Source: Octopus bimaculoides (lineage: Eukaryota). From it: 54,911 bases of DNA. The stretch is from contig NC_068984.1 of the NCBI RefSeq assembly GCF_001194135.2, forward strand, positions 51,862,673-51,917,583, read 5' to 3'. Made by a program: the position numbers and the translations under genes. The first letter of the stretch is position 1. Each line of letters begins with the position of its first letter. Below are positions 52,229-54,911 of this stretch, piece after piece. Under the pieces are notes generated by a model. It did not search any database. It was not told the DNA's origin and worked only from the letters and a program-made list of their open reading frames with translations.

Positions 52229-52460
52229 GGTGGCGAGCTAGCAGAAACATTAGCATGCCGGGCGAAATGCTTAGTGGTATTTTGTCTGCCTTTACATTCT
52301 GAGTTCAAATTCCTCTGAGGTAGACTTTGCCTTTCATCCTTTCGGGGTCGATAAATTAAGTACCAGTTACATACTGGGGTCAATGTAATTGACTTAATCC
52401 CTTTGTCTGTCCTTGTTTGTCCCCTCTATGTTTAGCCCCTTGTGGGCAATAAAGAAATAG
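52229..52460 (+). mobile_element. tRNA-derived SINE family A (other copies ~2375-2580, 16010-16225, 19268-19375, 21690-21880, 32320-32540, 53360-53700)
   Basis: GGTGGCGAGCTAGCAGAA head, GAGTTCAAATTC B-box, core GCCTTTCATCCTTTCGGGGTCGATAAA..AGTACCAG. Confidence 0.85.
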
Positions 52461-53976
52461 GTTGATTACAATTTGGTATGGATTAGGTTTGGAGATGAGA
52501 AACAGCTCAAAGGTGTTTCAGTGTAAATGTGAGAAGTGTGTAGAACGAGACAAGTTAAAGAAAAGTTGAGGATTGCAAAACATTCAACTTCAGCACTAGC
52601 AGCATTGATGTAGGATGAATGAGATAGCTATGAAGAGTTGTAAATGTTGAAGTCAGTGAGAACAATGATTGTGGAGAGACATGAAGTTAGATATGTCCTC
52701 AATATAGGAGGGAGTATAGTTGAAGAGATGCTGGTGTTTCAAGCAGTTAGAAAAGTAATAGAAGTTTAGATGAATTTGGGGTAGTGAAAAAGAGAGACTG
52801 ATCCAGGGTAACTGGAAGTCATCATTACTGAGATCCAAATGAGAGAGTGAGTGGCAAAGGGATTGGAGTTAACATAAAAGTGCAGACATCATCTTTTGGA
52901 GTTAAAGTAGGTTAAAAAGTGTAGCCTGGACAGCTGATAGGAGTTGAGAGATTTGTGTCTTCAGATAGGAGTAGGATGTATAGTTTGTGTGTAAATAACA
53001 AAAGATGATTGGTGGGATTTAATTTGGACAAAGTTCATGGATATTGAAGGAGAGTGAAAATTTTCCAGAGGGTTTACTCCTGGTTTTTGGCATTTCAGGA
53101 AAGAGTATATAGGAAGGTGTTGCATTACTTTAAGATGTGCAACTATTATTGTAAAATTCCATGTATGGCACTTATTTTTCAGCAAAGTCCATTTTAGAAT
53201 TGAGGGTACATATAAAATTTTCTCTATCCACTTTTATTAAGACAAAAAAAAAAAAAAAACTAATAATGTACTTAAGCTTTATTTCTTGGTAATTTTTTTT
53301 TTTTTTATATATATCATGAGTATATTTCATGAAATTTTAGCAACAGATACTAGTTGGTTACATCAACACTAGTGCTCAACTGGTACTTATTTATCAACCC
53401 TTGATGAAAGGCAAAGTTGACTTCAGCAACATTTGAATTCAATATAAATGCAGAAGAAATTCTGCTAAGCATTTTGTCTGCTCAAATGGTTTCACATTTT
53501 GGCACAAGGTCAGCGATTTTGAGGAAAGGGATAAGTTGATTACATTGACCCCTGTGTTCAACTGGTATTTATTTTATCGACCTACAAAAGGATGAAAGGT
53601 AAGGTTAACCTTGGAGAAATTTGAACTCTGAACGTAAAGCTGGATGAAATGCTGCTAAGCATTTTGTCCTGCGTGCTAACAATTCTACCAGCTCACTACT
53701 TTAACTCAAATGAAAATATTGAAACCTGATATATTAAATTACAGATGATTATCTTGTTGTGCAGCATTTTATGTTATACATGATATAATAAAGTTTTTAA
53801 AACTATATAAGCCCCATAACTGAAATGTCTACTATACATGATAAAGTATTACACATGAACTTTTATTAGCGATACAAATCTCTGATCAAAAACTTTAAAG
53901 ATGTGCCTGTATATTGTCACTCGGTCTGCTAGAAGTAATGATCAAATCTCCCTCAATTCACATGCTAACATTTTAA

Positions 53977-54191
53977 CCCTTTCGTTACCATATTTCTGTT
54001 GAGATGCTCTTTGTTTCTTTCAATTATTTGAAATATAACAAAAAATTTAGTAAAATAACTTAGTTATCAATAAACTAGTGTTAGGAACATAAATTGTGAC
54101 TAAGGTTTGGTGGAAGATTTTAATTCACAACTTATGAAAACAAGACATTTGTACTACAGAGCCAGTTTCAGCCAGGTTGGTAATGAAAGGG
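53977..54191 (+). mobile_element. piggyBac-like MITE family 2
   Basis: TTAA|CCCTTTCGTTACC ... GGTAATGAAAGGG|TTAA. Confidence 0.85.
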
Positions 54192-54347
54192 TTAAACCAG
54201 GAAGTATTCACTGAATAATGTAAAAAAGATTTTTGCTGAATTTAAGGGTAACTGAGTCACAGAACTTCTTTTTAAGTATTTGCAATTTTTGAAATTGCTC
54301 CTTTTATTTGCAGTGGTTCCAATTGAGGCCACCAATCCGCCAGGAAA

Positions 54348-54400
54348 ATGACAGAATATACTCTGCATCATCATGTTAATGAACTTATTGATCTACTTAA
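54348..54400 (+). CDS. TUBGCP2: Probable first coding exon of gamma-tubulin complex component 2: MTEYTLHHHVNELIDLL
   Basis: Exon 54314-54400 (TTTATTTGCAG acceptor, GTAAGT donor); in-frame upstream TGA at 54324; resembles the GCP2 N-terminus MSEFRIHHDVNELLSLL (recalled). Only 17 codons are visible. Confidence 0.62.
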
Positions 54401-54624
54401 GTAAGTTGGTTCTTTTATCATTATGAATTTACCTGTTGTCTTTTATGTAACTTGCATTTATTAGTGCTAAATGACTGAGAATGTTAATTTTTTTTAAAAA
54501 GCTGAAATAGCTGAAATTGTAGTCATATAAATCCCGACTAATTTCTACAGGGATGAAAGTGATTTGGTTGTTTTCACTTTTAAATTTGATCAGTTTTTGG
54601 AGAAAGTCATATATCTATATATAT

Positions 54625-54875
54625 ATATATAAAACTGAGAAAGTCTGTCTATCTGGATCACTAACACACGAGAACTACCCAACCGATTTCATTCAAATTT
54701 TACACTTGCCTTACATAGGATCCATAGAGTGTCATGGGCCAAAAAAATTTTCGACCTCTTGCCTAAAGCGAGCCCAGAGCAATCTCATATCTCTTACACT
54801 GTTTTGATATTATGCCTCAAAAGTGAAACATTAACATCTCTATTATGATGTGATATAATAGTTTCACTAATGTAC

Positions 54876-54890
<15 letters not shown>
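54625..54890 (+). mobile_element. Helitron/Helentron-like non-autonomous element 5' end
   Basis: TATATATAAAACTGAG..GTCTGTCT..CCAACCGATTTCATTCAAATTTT layout recognised by pattern only. Confidence 0.4.

Positions 54891-54911
<21 letters not shown>

Larger units (their letters stand above)
49030..53190 (-). mobile_element. Fragmented old CR1-like LINE interrupted by younger insertions
   Basis: DLIRKAFDCV near 50140-50170 and a YNGL..ELA-like 3' segment near 49200; remaining segments only weakly assignable. Confidence 0.5.

Noticed and set aside
52229-52320. A/B boxes as a tRNA gene (also other SINE heads)
   Set aside because: No cloverleaf or acceptor stem; they continue into SINE bodies.

Overview
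AT-rich, intron- and repeat-dense eukaryotic genomic DNA. The SINE, LINE and microsatellite families look like Octopus (cephalopod); this is recognised from memory, not database-verified. Three protein-coding genes can be assembled from short GT-AG exons that the ORF track mostly misses. (1) The 3' part of an adhesion-class (family B2) GPCR on + (11 exons, 1685-25528, full 7TM and C-tail; GAIN/GPS region upstream of the window). (2) A complete TMEM138 on - (4 coding exons, 40724-35016, 161 aa), tail-to-tail with the GPCR. (3) The probable first coding exon of TUBGCP2/GCP2 on + (54348-54400), head-to-head with TMEM138 across a CpG-retaining region (~42.8-46.4 kb). The rest is transposon debris: three tRNA-derived SINE families, RTE and CR1-like LINE fragments, a Penelope-like GIY-YIG fragment with a hammerhead-like motif, a deleted Tigger, mariner/piggyBac/hAT MITEs, two long foldback elements, solo-LTR-like segments and many microsatellites. 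There are four N gaps. I found no prokaryotic system, CRISPR array or intact transposase. The most unusual items are the 601-bp foldback element, the hammerhead-like Penelope terminus, the divergent TMEM138/TUBGCP2 pair and the non-canonical adhesion GPCR.
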